Notes: generated by a model from the letters alone, not told the origin. A stretch of 64,000 nucleotides of DNA from Candidatus Moraniibacteriota bacterium (GCA_030679895.1 JAUXSN010000039.1:34128-98127); one strand, 5' to 3'; shown: positions 17,780 through 26,847, counted from the first letter of the stretch. Made by a program: numbers and translations.

Positions 17780-18670
17780 ATGCTAAAAAAAGGAAAAACA
17801 ACGACGGTAATAATGATTGTTTTGATTGTAGCGGTGGCTGGATTTTTGTGGTATCGCAGTTCCGTCCAAAAAAGGAATACGATCCAGCCGGAGAACAGTA
17901 CCGGCGAAGCGGAAAAAAGCATTCAGGACGAGAGTTTGGCCAACAATTTGTCCAATGAAACGGACGCCAACAGCGAAGAAGCGGATCTGGAAGATACGGA
18001 TTTCAACGCCCTTTGCGAGAACGGGGAATGGATGAAAATCGCGGATTTGTCAGGAGAGATGTCAACTGCTTCCGGCAAATTGAGGAAAATTTATCCGGAT
18101 GACGAAGCCGCCGCAGAATTCGCGAGCTATTTGTTTTATCTGGAAGGAAATGACAGGATCGCCCTTTCCGGAAAAGACTTGACGAATCTTGATTATTTCG
18201 AAGACCGGGAAGTCGAGGCGCAAGGCGTGAAGGCCTCCGGCGGAAAAGCGCTTGAAGTTTCCCAGATCCGATGCGCCGGTAAAGAAACGGACAAAGATTT
18301 GATCAGCCAAAGGAACAAAGTGCTGGATTATATATCCGCGAACATCAATTCGATCGCTCCCAAAAAAGCGCCTTACCAGAAGTGGACGGTTGACATAGTT
18401 GACTTTGCGGATGAGAATAACGCGTATGTTGAATATTATGATGTAGCGGAGGATGAGGAAGATGCCGACGTACCAGTGGACACGGGCCGGAATATTTTGG
18501 TGGAAATAAGCGCCAAAACAGCCGGGAGCTATTCAGCCAAAGTGCTGGCCTATTGGGAGATGGGAGAAGACGATTATGTCTTGAAAAGCGGAACCGACAA
18601 ATTTGAAGATGTTGAAGACGTTTCTTCCTATCAATATGATTCGGAAACCAAAAAGTGGGAGAGGATATAG
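17780..18670 (+). CDS. Hypothetical membrane-anchored acidic protein
   Basis: N-terminal TM (VIMIVLIVAVAGFLW) followed by an acidic, D/E-rich body. No motif recognised. Confidence 0.45.
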   Translation: MLKKGKTTTVIMIVLIVAVAGFLWYRSSVQKRNTIQPENSTGEAEKSIQDESLANNLSNETDANSEEADLEDTDFNALCENGEWMKIADLSGEMSTASGKLRKIYPDDEAAAEFASYLFYLEGNDRIALSGKDLTNLDYFEDREVEAQGVKASGGKALEVSQIRCAGKETDKDLISQRNKVLDYISANINSIAPKKAPYQKWTVDIVDFADENNAYVEYYDVAEDEEDADVPVDTGRNILVEISAKTAGSYSAKVLAYWEMGEDDYVLKSGTDKFEDVEDVSSYQYDSETKKWERI

Positions 18671-18694
18671 TCTTAAATTTTAATTTAAAACATT

Positions 18695-18850
18695 GTGTCA
18701 CAAGAAAATATAGCCAAACTGCGCTGCGACGTCTGTAAGAGAGTGAATTATCAATCGACGCGCAACAAGAAAAAAATCAAGGAGAAACTGCAGCTCAAGA
18801 AATATTGCTCGAAGTGCAAAAAGCATACGCTGCATAAGGAAGCGAAATAA
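18695..18850 (+). CDS. rpmG: 50S ribosomal protein L33 (GTG start; below ORF-track size cutoff)
   Basis: Translation from GTG 18695 gives (M)SQENIAKLRCDVCKRVNYQSTRNKKKIKEKLQLKKYCSKCKKHTLHKEAK. This carries the C-x2-C...C-x2-C zinc ribbon and the KHTLHKE motif of L33. Confidence 0.75.
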   Translation: MSQENIAKLRCDVCKRVNYQSTRNKKKIKEKLQLKKYCSKCKKHTLHKEAK

Positions 18851-18910
18851 ACATAGGCTGTATTTGCATAATATTCAAAGTATGTGTAACATACAGAGTT
18901 TTCGATGTAT

Positions 18911-18984
18911 GCGGGTGTCGTATAGTGGCAGTACGGAGGTCTCCAAAACCTTTAGCGGGGGTTCGATTCCCTCCACCCGTGCCA
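18911..18984 (+). tRNA. tRNA-Trp (anticodon CCA), CCA end encoded
   Basis: Folded by hand: acceptor gcgggtg/cacccgt (G1-U72), D arm gtat-agtggca-gtac, anticodon arm gaggt-ctCCAaa-acctt, T arm ggggg-ttcgatt-ccctc, discriminator G, then CCA. Confidence 0.75.
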
Positions 18985-19033
18985 CAATAGATATTTTTTA
19001 CAATTTGAGTTAAAAAGCGCATAATAAACACAG

Positions 19034-19807
19034 ATGAGAAAAATCATCCTAATTTTTCTTTTTATTCTTTTTTTCGCGGGGCTGGCGACGCTGGTTTTCG
19101 GTTTTTATAATGCCGGAAATATCCGCCATTTCGCGGTATCGGCGGAAGCTTTGAACGCCAAATATGACGGAGCGCTGCGCCTCAAGGAAGTCGAAAAAAA
19201 CTATCAAAAAAGCGGAACGCGGGACGTGCTCCAGCTGAAAGTTGAATCCGAAAATTTCATTTCAAAGCTTGATGAAATGGCGGCCAGCGCCGAATCGGCC
19301 ACGCGGGAAATAGATCAGTTGAATATTCCGCTCACTGAAATGGGAATAAAAAAGGAAATGAAGGATTATTATACGAAAGCGGGAACACAGATAAGAGACG
19401 CCAAAAACATTTCCGAGTTCAGGAAACAGATATTTGAAGTCGCGGTGATTTTTGGTAAAATAAAAGAAGACGTGGCTCTTGACGAAATGAAAAATCTGAT
19501 TGCCGAGGCGAAGCAGGAAAATGCCAAAGTTGATGCCAGCCGATTGCCGAAAAATCTTCGGGAAAACGGGCAAGCGCTGAATGACGCTATGGATAAATTC
19601 CTGGTCGAAATGGAAAATGTGGCCGGCGGATCAATTGAAAATCCGGATCAGCTGAATGAAGCTTACGCGGAATTTTCAGCCAAAGAAGATGAGTTTTCCG
19701 TGAATTCGCGCGGCTTCATAAACTCGCTCGAAGATCTCAAGCCTCTCCAGGATAAAATCAGGGCGGATCTCGCGGGGATTGAGAAAATATATTTTAAGAT
19801 AAAATAA
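19034..19807 (+). CDS. Hypothetical membrane-anchored coiled-coil protein
   Basis: N-terminal TM (IILIFLFILFFAGLATLVFGF) followed by a helical K/E-rich body. Confidence 0.4.
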   Translation: MRKIILIFLFILFFAGLATLVFGFYNAGNIRHFAVSAEALNAKYDGALRLKEVEKNYQKSGTRDVLQLKVESENFISKLDEMAASAESATREIDQLNIPLTEMGIKKEMKDYYTKAGTQIRDAKNISEFRKQIFEVAVIFGKIKEDVALDEMKNLIAEAKQENAKVDASRLPKNLRENGQALNDAMDKFLVEMENVAGGSIENPDQLNEAYAEFSAKEDEFSVNSRGFINSLEDLKPLQDKIRADLAGIEKIYFKIK

Positions 19808-19845
19808 ACTCCCGCACCCAATTCGGTGAGAGAGCAGATATAATT

Positions 19846-21159
19846 ATGTCGCAGAAAAAAACCATAATCTGGACAATAATCGCCTTTGCCATAATCGGCG
19901 GGATTGTTTATTTTTCGTTTCTTCGAAAACCAAAAGTACAGTACGTAACAACGGACGCAAAAACGGAGGATCTCAAGGAAACAGTTTCCGTGACCGGAAC
20001 GCTGAAGGCTAATGACACCCTATTGCTAAATTTTGAAACCACCGGGCGAGTCAGATCGGTGGATGTCAGGGTTGGCCAAAAAGTGGGAAAGGGCGACGTA
20101 GTCGGATATCTTGACAATGCCAACTTACAGCTGGCGACTGACCAAGCTAAGGCTAATCTGGAAAAAGCGCAGGCTGATGCCGGTATAAGTTATGATACCA
20201 TCAACAGCGCCGAGGTGGGCGCAGACAACGCGGATAAATATCTTGACGACACAAAGAGCCTTAATAAAAGAAATATTACGGCCGCCGAACAGAAAGTCAG
20301 CGATGCAAAAAATTATTCCGAAGACGCCCAAAGCTACTATGATAAGGTGAAAGACGACAATGGCGCGGACAGTTCAGCGACCAAGCTGGCGAAACTCACG
20401 CTTGACACGGCCGAGGCCAACTACGAACAAGCCAAAAAAGCCCTGGACGTGGCTGATCAGACAGCCGATCTTTCTGAAACATCAGCGGAAAATTCCCTCG
20501 AAACGACCGAAGCGACACTCTCCGCGGCAAAATCGAAATATGTCACGGCTTCAAAAGACGCAACGGTAGCGAGTTTTGAAGCCGCGTATCAGACAGCGCT
20601 CAACAATCTTGACAAAGCCGTGCTTCGCGCGCCCGCGTCCGGCATGATCAAAGAAGTGAACTACAAGGCTGGAGAAGTTCTTGGTTCGACCGCGACAACA
20701 TCTTTTGCCAAAATGATTTCCTATGACTTTATTCTTGAGGCGAAAGTTTCCGAATCGGACATTGCCAAAATAAAATTAGGCCAGAAAGCGGCTCTTTCCT
20801 TTGACGCTTTTGATCCGGATGAGAAATTCACGGCCTCGGTCGTTTCGATTGATCCTTCAGCCACAGTCGTTCAGGACGTGGTGGATTATGTCGTGAAACT
20901 TTCGATGGAAAAAGACGATTTGCGCCTTAAGGACGGCATGAGCGCCGATTTGGATATCCTTATTTTTGAAAAAGATGACGTTTTAGCCATTCTGGAACGG
21001 GCGATAAAAGATGTTGACGGGAAAAAGATCGTGCAAATTCTTGAAAAAGGAAAGCCGATTGACAGGGAAGTGAAAACGGGGACGAAGGGCGATGGGGGAA
21101 TGATCGAAATCATTTCCGGGCTGAAGGAAGGGGAATTAGTAATCACTTCGCAAAAATAG
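19846..21159 (+). CDS. Efflux periplasmic adaptor (HlyD/MacA-family membrane fusion protein)
   Basis: An N-terminal TM is followed by a biotin-lipoyl-like hairpin (TGTLKANDTLLLNFETTGRVRSVDVRVGQKVGKGDVVGYLD), a long coiled coil and a C-terminal beta-barrel region. An ABC ATPase and two FtsX permeases follow. Confidence 0.7.
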   Translation: MSQKKTIIWTIIAFAIIGGIVYFSFLRKPKVQYVTTDAKTEDLKETVSVTGTLKANDTLLLNFETTGRVRSVDVRVGQKVGKGDVVGYLDNANLQLATDQAKANLEKAQADAGISYDTINSAEVGADNADKYLDDTKSLNKRNITAAEQKVSDAKNYSEDAQSYYDKVKDDNGADSSATKLAKLTLDTAEANYEQAKKALDVADQTADLSETSAENSLETTEATLSAAKSKYVTASKDATVASFEAAYQTALNNLDKAVLRAPASGMIKEVNYKAGEVLGSTATTSFAKMISYDFILEAKVSESDIAKIKLGQKAALSFDAFDPDEKFTASVVSIDPSATVVQDVVDYVVKLSMEKDDLRLKDGMSADLDILIFEKDDVLAILERAIKDVDGKKIVQILEKGKPIDREVKTGTKGDGGMIEIISGLKEGELVITSQK

Positions 21160-21245
21160 CGCAAAGCTCAAAACTCAAAGCTCAAAACCACAGCGTAAAA
21201 TTCAAAGCTAAAAATAAAAAAGTTCTACGCTTTAAGTTGTAGTTT
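21160..21245. repeat. Low-complexity imperfect inverted repeat (gctcaaaactcaaagctcaaaacc ... gttttgcgttttgcactttgcgttttgag)
   Basis: The two arms are roughly reverse-complementary and could form an extended hairpin between the adaptor and ATPase genes. Related motifs occur at 39061-39120 and 45151-45176. Confidence 0.5.
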
Positions 21246-21280
21246 TGCGTTTTGCACTTTGCGTTTTGAGTTTTTTTATT

Positions 21281-22006
21281 ATGTTGATCAGCGTAAGAAA
21301 TTTGTGCAAGGAATACGACAACGAAGGCGTCAAAACCAAGGCGCTTTGCGGCGTTTCTTTTGATATTGATAAGGACGAATTCGTGGCTATTATGGGCCCG
21401 AGCGGCAGCGGAAAATCAACCCTGATGCAGCTTTTGGGATTTTTGGACCGGCCGTCGGACGGACAATATTTTTTTGAAGGGCGCGACACGAAAGATTTTT
21501 CCGACGATGAGCTGGCATATTTTAGAAATCAAAAAATCGGTTTTGTTTTTCAGTCTTTCAATCTTTTGCCCAGAACGACCGTTTTTGAAAACGTGGAATT
21601 GCCACTCTTATATGACGAGCGGAAGGAATCGTCCGGCCTTATAAACAAGAAAGTCCACGAGGCTTTGAGAGCGGTTGATCTTGAGCATCGCGTCAACAAT
21701 TTATCCAACCAGCTTTCCGGAGGAGAGCAGCAGCGTGTTGCGATTGCGAGAGCTTTAGTCAATGATCCGGCGCTAATCTTGGCCGACGAGCCGACTGGAA
21801 ATCTTGATTCAAAAAACGGTCTTCAGATAATGCGGATTCTCCAAAATCTTAACAGGGATGGTCATACTATCATCATGGTTACCCACGAGACCTATACTTC
21901 CGAACACGCCAAGCGCATCATCCAAATGCTGGACGGGAAAGTGGAAGATGATTATTTGGTGAAGAAGAGAAGGATCGCGGACGGAGAAGAAAGACTTTTG
22001 AAATAA
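21281..22006 (+). CDS. ABC transporter ATP-binding protein (MacB/LolD-type)
   Basis: Walker A (GPSGSGKST), the ABC signature ([15 protein letters not shown]), Walker B ([11 protein letters not shown]) and the H-loop are present. The start is set at [12 protein letters not shown] (21281); the ORF-track start at 21245 lies inside the hairpin repeat. Confidence 0.8.
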   Translation: MLISVRNLCKEYDNEGVKTKALCGVSFDIDKDEFVAIMGPSGSGKSTLMQLLGFLDRPSDGQYFFEGRDTKDFSDDELAYFRNQKIGFVFQSFNLLPRTTVFENVELPLLYDERKESSGLINKKVHEALRAVDLEHRVNNLSNQLSGGEQQRVAIARALVNDPALILADEPTGNLDSKNGLQIMRILQNLNRDGHTIIMVTHETYTSEHAKRIIQMLDGKVEDDYLVKKRRIADGEERLLK

Positions 22007-22150
22007 TTTTCAATTTTCAAGTCTCAATTTACAATCAATTTTCAATGATGCAATTTTCAATTATTAAAAGGCTCCAAAGTTTTGAAATTGATCATTGATA
22101 AATTGAAAATTCATTGAAAATTGTAAATTGGTAATTGAAAATTAAAACGC
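22007..22150. repeat. AT-rich inverted repeat built from caattttcaa / ttgaaaattg units
   Basis: The left arm is tttcaattttcaagtctcaatttacaatcaattttcaatg and the right arm cattgaaaattgtaaattggtaattgaaaatt. They are approximately reverse-complementary across about 140 nt. Confidence 0.5.
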
Positions 22151-23395
22151 ATGCGTTTTAGTGATCCCGTAAAAATAGCCTATGGCAATATCAAGGGGGC
22201 GAAATTCCGCTCTTTTTTGACTATTCTCGGGATTGTGATCGGGATCGCGTCCGTAATCATAATCATCGCCATCGGATCCAGCGCCCAGGAGCTGATTTTG
22301 GATCAGGTGAAGGGAGTCGGGTCGAATCTCATTGGAGTTCTTCCCGGAGCCTCCGAGGAAAAAGGGCCGCCGGCGAGCGCGATGGGCGTCATAATCACCA
22401 CCCTCAAATATAATGACCTCAAAGCTATTCTTCAGAAAAGCAATGTTCCTGACGCGGTTGACGGAGCGGCTTATATCAGCGGAAACAATACTGTCCAATA
22501 CGAAGACAAGGACAAAAATTTCACTTTCCAGGGAACGACTGCCAGCTATGTAAACGTCGAGAATGCTGAAATCGACAAGGGGCGCTTTTTCACCAAAGAA
22601 GAAGAAACAAGTTTGTCCCGTTTCGCCGTGATCGGCGCTGAAGTGGCGACAGACCTTTTCGGGGAAGGGGGCAATCCGGTCGGAAAAAGAATAAAGATCG
22701 GAAAACAAAACTTCGAAGTGATCGGTGTTTTCACCAAGCGCGGTTCGGCCGCTTTTTCCAATCAGGATACGGCTATTTTCATACCTCTGTTCACGGCGCA
22801 AAAAGTGATGCTCGGAGTGGACTATCTCAACTTCATCCGCGTCAAAGTTGACAGCGAAGCGAATATCGATCGGGCAAAGCTGGACATCACTGCGACGCTT
22901 CGCGAGCAGCATGACATCAAAAAAGCAATCGATGATGATTTTTCGGTGCGCGACCAAAAGGCCGGCCTTGATGCCATTACAAATATCACCGGGGCGATAA
23001 AATATTTTTTGGCGGCGATCGCGGCTATTTCTCTCCTTGTCGGCGGAGTGGGCATAATGAACACGATGCTCATTTCCGTCAACCAAAGAATTCGCGAAGT
23101 GGGGCTTCGAAAAGCGATCGGAGCCAAAAATTCCCTGATCATGCTCCAGTTTCTGGTTGAGTCGATTTTTGTGACGCTTTTGGGCGGTGTCATTGGAATC
23201 ATCATTGGAATTCTGGTAACTTTTCTGGCGGCAGTGATCATTCAAAAGCTGGGATATCATTGGCCGTTTATCGTCACGATGTCGTCGATTTTGCTCGCGA
23301 CCGGAATCTCACTGCTTATCGGAGTATTTTTCGGAATTTATCCCGCCCGCAAGGCCGCGAAGTTGAATATCGTGGAAGCGCTGAGATATGAATAA
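22151..23395 (+). CDS. ABC transporter permease, MacB/FtsX family
   Basis: The N-terminal TM with KFRSFLTILGIVIGIASVI, a periplasmic MacB-type domain and three C-terminal FtsX TM helices (LLVGGVGIMNTMLISVNQRIREVGLRKAIGA) are present. Confidence 0.8.
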   Translation: MRFSDPVKIAYGNIKGAKFRSFLTILGIVIGIASVIIIIAIGSSAQELILDQVKGVGSNLIGVLPGASEEKGPPASAMGVIITTLKYNDLKAILQKSNVPDAVDGAAYISGNNTVQYEDKDKNFTFQGTTASYVNVENAEIDKGRFFTKEEETSLSRFAVIGAEVATDLFGEGGNPVGKRIKIGKQNFEVIGVFTKRGSAAFSNQDTAIFIPLFTAQKVMLGVDYLNFIRVKVDSEANIDRAKLDITATLREQHDIKKAIDDDFSVRDQKAGLDAITNITGAIKYFLAAIAAISLLVGGVGIMNTMLISVNQRIREVGLRKAIGAKNSLIMLQFLVESIFVTLLGGVIGIIIGILVTFLAAVIIQKLGYHWPFIVTMSSILLATGISLLIGVFFGIYPARKAAKLNIVEALRYE

Positions 23396-23400
23396 AAAGT

Positions 23401-24696
23401 ATGGGTCTAGATCATAAAACAATTTTCAGATTCGGTATCAGATCTCCCCACGAATGGGCGGTTGTTTTTCGCTTGGCGCTTCGCAATCTGCGCATGAATA
23501 AGATCCGAACCGCGCTTACGGTAATTGGGATTGTAATTGGGATTATGTCGGTGATAATAGTAATGGCCGGCGGAACCGGCCTCAAAAACTATGTTTTGGG
23601 GCAGGTCGATGTTTTTGGAACGGATTATATCCAGGTGGAGGTGAAGGTTCCCGGTGTTTCGGAAATGTCGTCGGAAAATATTTCCGGCAGAGGAACGGGT
23701 CTTGCCATCACAACGCTCAAAGAAAAAGATGCCGAAGCGGTCGCAAAAATTCCCAATGTCAGAACTTGGAGCGCGGGAAATATGGACCAGGAGCTGGTAA
23801 GCTATAGCAGCGTGAACAAAAGAGTGATGATCTTCGGCGTGAATCCCGCGTATGTCGAAATTGACCGCCAGATCCAGCCGGTTGAAGGAACCTTTTTCTC
23901 CGAGAGCGATGAAGCCGGAGCCGCCCAGGTGGCGGTTATCGGCGCCGGGGTTAAAAAAAGTTTTTTCGGAGAAGGGGATGCCGCGGGAAAAAATATCAAA
24001 ATAAAGGACCAAAATTATCGGGTCGTCGGAGTGCTCAAAGAAAGGGGAGCCGGCGGATTTTTCAATTTTGACGATGTTGTCTATATTCCCTTCAAAACGC
24101 TCAATAAAAAACTGCTCGGAATTGACTATGCCCAGTTCATCACGTTTAAGGTCAAAGATACGGCGCGCATGGAGGAAACAGCCGTTGATATCCGGGAAAC
24201 GATGCGGCGCGAGCATGATATAACTGATCCCGCGAAAGAAGATTTCATAGTTATGTCCGCGGCGGAAGGGAAAGATATGATCGACAAAGTTTTTGGGACG
24301 ATCAACTATCTGCTTTTGGCTCTCACCTCCATCTCTCTTTTGGTTGGGGGAGTTGGTATTATGAATGTCATGTATGTGGCCGTCACCGAGCGGACGCGCG
24401 AGATCGGGCTTCGCAAAGCGCTCGGCGCGACAAACTCGGGAGTTCTGCGGCAATTTCTTTTTGAAGCCGTTATTGTGACATTCATCGGCGGAGCGGTTGG
24501 AATTCTTTTCGGGGTGATTTCGACCTATCTTCTTAATAATTTTTTGATCCGGCTCGGATATATGCTTCAATTTTCCGTTCCCGCGAAATCCATCATCACC
24601 GCGGTCGGATTTTCCGTTTTCACCGGCCTCATTTTCGGCATCTATCCCGCGTGGAAAGCCTCGCAACTCTCGCCAATCGAAGCGTTGCGAAAATAA
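23401..24696 (+). CDS. ABC transporter permease, MacB/FtsX family (second copy)
   Basis: Same architecture as the first permease. The FtsX signature reads LLVGGVGIMNVMYVAVTERTREIGLRKALGA. Confidence 0.8.
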   Translation: MGLDHKTIFRFGIRSPHEWAVVFRLALRNLRMNKIRTALTVIGIVIGIMSVIIVMAGGTGLKNYVLGQVDVFGTDYIQVEVKVPGVSEMSSENISGRGTGLAITTLKEKDAEAVAKIPNVRTWSAGNMDQELVSYSSVNKRVMIFGVNPAYVEIDRQIQPVEGTFFSESDEAGAAQVAVIGAGVKKSFFGEGDAAGKNIKIKDQNYRVVGVLKERGAGGFFNFDDVVYIPFKTLNKKLLGIDYAQFITFKVKDTARMEETAVDIRETMRREHDITDPAKEDFIVMSAAEGKDMIDKVFGTINYLLLALTSISLLVGGVGIMNVMYVAVTERTREIGLRKALGATNSGVLRQFLFEAVIVTFIGGAVGILFGVISTYLLNNFLIRLGYMLQFSVPAKSIITAVGFSVFTGLIFGIYPAWKASQLSPIEALRK

Positions 24697-24736
24697 GCTT
24701 CCATCCTAAGATCCGATCTTAGGATGGAATAAATCT

Positions 24737-25402
24737 ATGCGAAAAGAGCGATTTTTTGAAGATCAATATTACCACATATTTAACAGAGGAACAGACAAGA
24801 GAAAAATATTTCTGGATGATTTTGATTATCGCCGCTTCTTACTTTCTATGCGGCTTATGAATGACGAAAAAGACGGTTTAATGATCCGATGGAGAGATTA
24901 TAAAAAAACTTATTCCAGTTCGACGGTCGAAGCTTTCCTAAGATCGGATCTTAGGAAAAGAAATTCACTGGTTGAAATTGTTTGTTTTTCTCTTCTTCCT
25001 AACCACTATCATTTCATTCTGAAACAGCTGGCAAGAAATGGAATTGAAAAGTTTATGCAAAGAATTGGAATAGGATATACGATGTATTTTAACAAAAAAT
25101 ATGATCGCAGCGGAGTTTTGTTTCAGGGAAAATGCAAATCTAGTCTTATCAAAGCGACTCATCACCTTCTTTACCTTTCTGTCTATGTGAATTGCAACGC
25201 GGAAGTGCACGGTATCGCGAAAGCTGAAAATTATCGTTGGAGCAGTTTTTCTAATTCTATAAATAGAAGCAAGGATAATATCTGCAACGGAAAAGTGATA
25301 TTTGATAATTTCAAGGAAAGTGAAGATTATAAAATTTACGCAAAGGAAAATGTAGAAGCGATGAAACAAAAAAAAGAGGACGAGAAATTAGTCTTGGAAT
25401 AG
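24737..25402 (+). CDS. REP-associated tyrosine transposase (RAYT; IS200-like HuH Y1 transposase, COG1943-like)
   Basis: YYHIFNRGTDKRKIFLDDFDYRRFL matches the COG1943 N-terminus. LLPNHYHFIL carries the HuH motif. The downstream GYTMYFNKKYDRSGVLFQGKCKS contains the candidate catalytic Tyr and an RxG..Q motif. Confidence 0.7.
   Translation: MRKERFFEDQYYHIFNRGTDKRKIFLDDFDYRRFLLSMRLMNDEKDGLMIRWRDYKKTYSSSTVEAFLRSDLRKRNSLVEIVCFSLLPNHYHFILKQLARNGIEKFMQRIGIGYTMYFNKKYDRSGVLFQGKCKSSLIKATHHLLYLSVYVNCNAEVHGIAKAENYRWSSFSNSINRSKDNICNGKVIFDNFKESEDYKIYAKENVEAMKQKKEDEKLVLE
24937..24955. repeat. REP palindrome cctaagatcggatcttagg located in-frame inside the RAYT ORF
   Basis: The 25-nt string agctttcctaagatcggatcttagg is identical to the copy at 25401-25425. 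It encodes AFLRSDLRK within an extra segment of about 25 aa, relative to typical COG1943 proteins, between the N-terminal motif and HuH. Confidence 0.65.
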
Positions 25403-25608
25403 CTTTCCTAAGATCGGATCTTAGGATGGAATTTGCCAACAAAAAAAGCCTTCTTTCGAAGCGCTTGAAAAATAAAGATGTGATCCGGAAGAGCCTCATG
25501 GCTCTCCCGGATCGGAACTGCAAGACAGGAAGGATTTTGAGATGTTATCTCTGCCCGGAAGTCGGTTCTCCGGAAAGATTCCTTACCGTCTTTTACTTCG
25601 GCAGGGTG

Positions 25609-26034
25609 TTACTGCAGCATGACCTCGAAGGGAACCGCCGTCGCTGTCAGGAGAGCGTAGGCGGGGGTGCCCCGGGAGGTCGCGATGATGGCCATGCAGG
25701 TCCGGGGATCAAAGATGGCGCCTTTTGCCTTCTTAGCATCGGCGAAATCCTGGATTTCCCAGGGGATCCCCTTGCAGAACTCGGCGGGCAGAGCCTGATC
25801 GGCGCGCTTTTTTTGCCCATAGTCCGCTTCCGCCAGCAGGGTATTGTTGGCCGGATGGAAATGGTAGACGCCACGTGGCGACCCCAAATTTACCTTGATC
25901 GTGAACTCATCCATCCGCTGCCCCGCCGGCATTGCCAGCATACGTGGGCTTTTTTCTTTTCCGCACTGGGGGACGTAACCCATGAGCTCGATGGGTGCCG
26001 CCCTCGGGTCTGCCAAAGGGTGCTGGTTGAACAT
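25609..26034 (-). CDS. Hypothetical protein encoded in a GC-rich (foreign-looking) segment
   Basis: A 141-aa ORF with a GGAGG RBS 7 nt upstream of its ATG (minus strand). Its codon usage and GC are clearly higher than in neighbouring genes. I recognised no family. Confidence 0.4.
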   Translation of the reverse strand: MFNQHPLADPRAAPIELMGYVPQCGKEKSPRMLAMPAGQRMDEFTIKVNLGSPRGVYHFHPANNTLLAEADYGQKKRADQALPAEFCKGIPWEIQDFADAKKAKGAIFDPRTCMAIIATSRGTPAYALLTATAVPFEVMLQ

Positions 26035-26847
26035 AGAAACCTCCGTTAAGCGGTGGTTGTTTTTCGCGCAAGTGAAGGCGGGACACGCTAGCCTTCTCTC
26101 GCACAGCCATAGCCGCGTACATATCGGGGAATAGATTTTTTAGGTACTTCTCCTCCTTTGTGATGGGTTGATATTTGTCCCCGTCTGCCATCTCTTTAGA
26201 AAATTATAACAAAAATAAAAAAAATACACAATTATTTCCCGTATAGAACCATTTGGAACTCTAAAATTAAAAACCCCAGGCAAGTGAGCTTGGATGGAAT
26301 GCGGGGCGGCATCCACAAGACATCACTCGCCTGGGGCCAGCCAGGAGGAAGGTGAAACATGGCCTCCGAGGTAAGTTTTTTCTAATATCGATCTTAGAAC
26401 AGCCTCGAACGCATCTAAAAATTTTAGACCTTTCTGCTTCATAAAGAACAAATATTGATCATGTAAAAAGGATCCACGGGCGGTCTAGGCTCCAAAACAA
26501 AAAAATGTATTGGTGGCGCGGAGTTGAAGCGTCGTTTGGCGAATCGCTCGACCATGCATGGTGTCGGGTTCTCCCCGGAGCAACTCCGACCATGAAATTG
26601 CCCAAAAAGGCGCAAATAATGGCCTTCTTAGCCGGACGGCGCATTTTCACCCTCCGCGTTGCCGTTTCTCCTTTTCCACCCGTGGATTTTGGATATTAAC
26701 AAAATTTTGTAAACTTGTCAAATTTAAAAAAGCCCAGGAAACTGCTATTGACGGGGGATAACATTCCTGCTACAATTTAAAGTTAAAAAATTAAGAAGAA
26801 AGCGTATTACTAAACATATAAATATTTACCTTATTTAAAGCAAATTT

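Larger units (their letters stand above)
24701..25425. mobile_element. REP-RAYT unit: a REP-associated tyrosine transposase gene flanked by inverted REP palindromes
   Basis: The left REP is ccatcctaagatc-c-gatcttaggatgg (24701-24727). The right REP cctaagatcggatcttagg (25407-25425) starts 5 nt after the stop, and its loop is the reverse complement of the left REP loop. A third copy sits inside the ORF. Confidence 0.7.

Noticed and set aside
22142-23260. 372-aa minus-strand ORF
   Set aside because: It is fully antisense to the well-supported MacB/FtsX permease gene (22151-23395), and its protein is low-complexity with no motifs. This is a typical shadow ORF.
23407-24666. 419-aa minus-strand ORF
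   Set aside because: It is antisense to the second FtsX permease (23401-24696), which has clear family motifs on the plus strand.
25426-26049. 207-aa plus-strand ORF in the GC-rich block
   Set aside because: It overlaps the better-supported minus-strand 141-aa gene, which has an RBS. High GC inflates ORF length. Its Gly/Arg/Pro-rich composition is typical of a non-coding frame.
26278-26340. Riboswitch identity (fluoride/crcB-like) for the hairpin in the GC-rich block
   Set aside because: The GGATGG...CATCC stem superficially resembles crcB-motif elements, but the conserved loop nucleotides do not match. It is left as an unclassified structured element.
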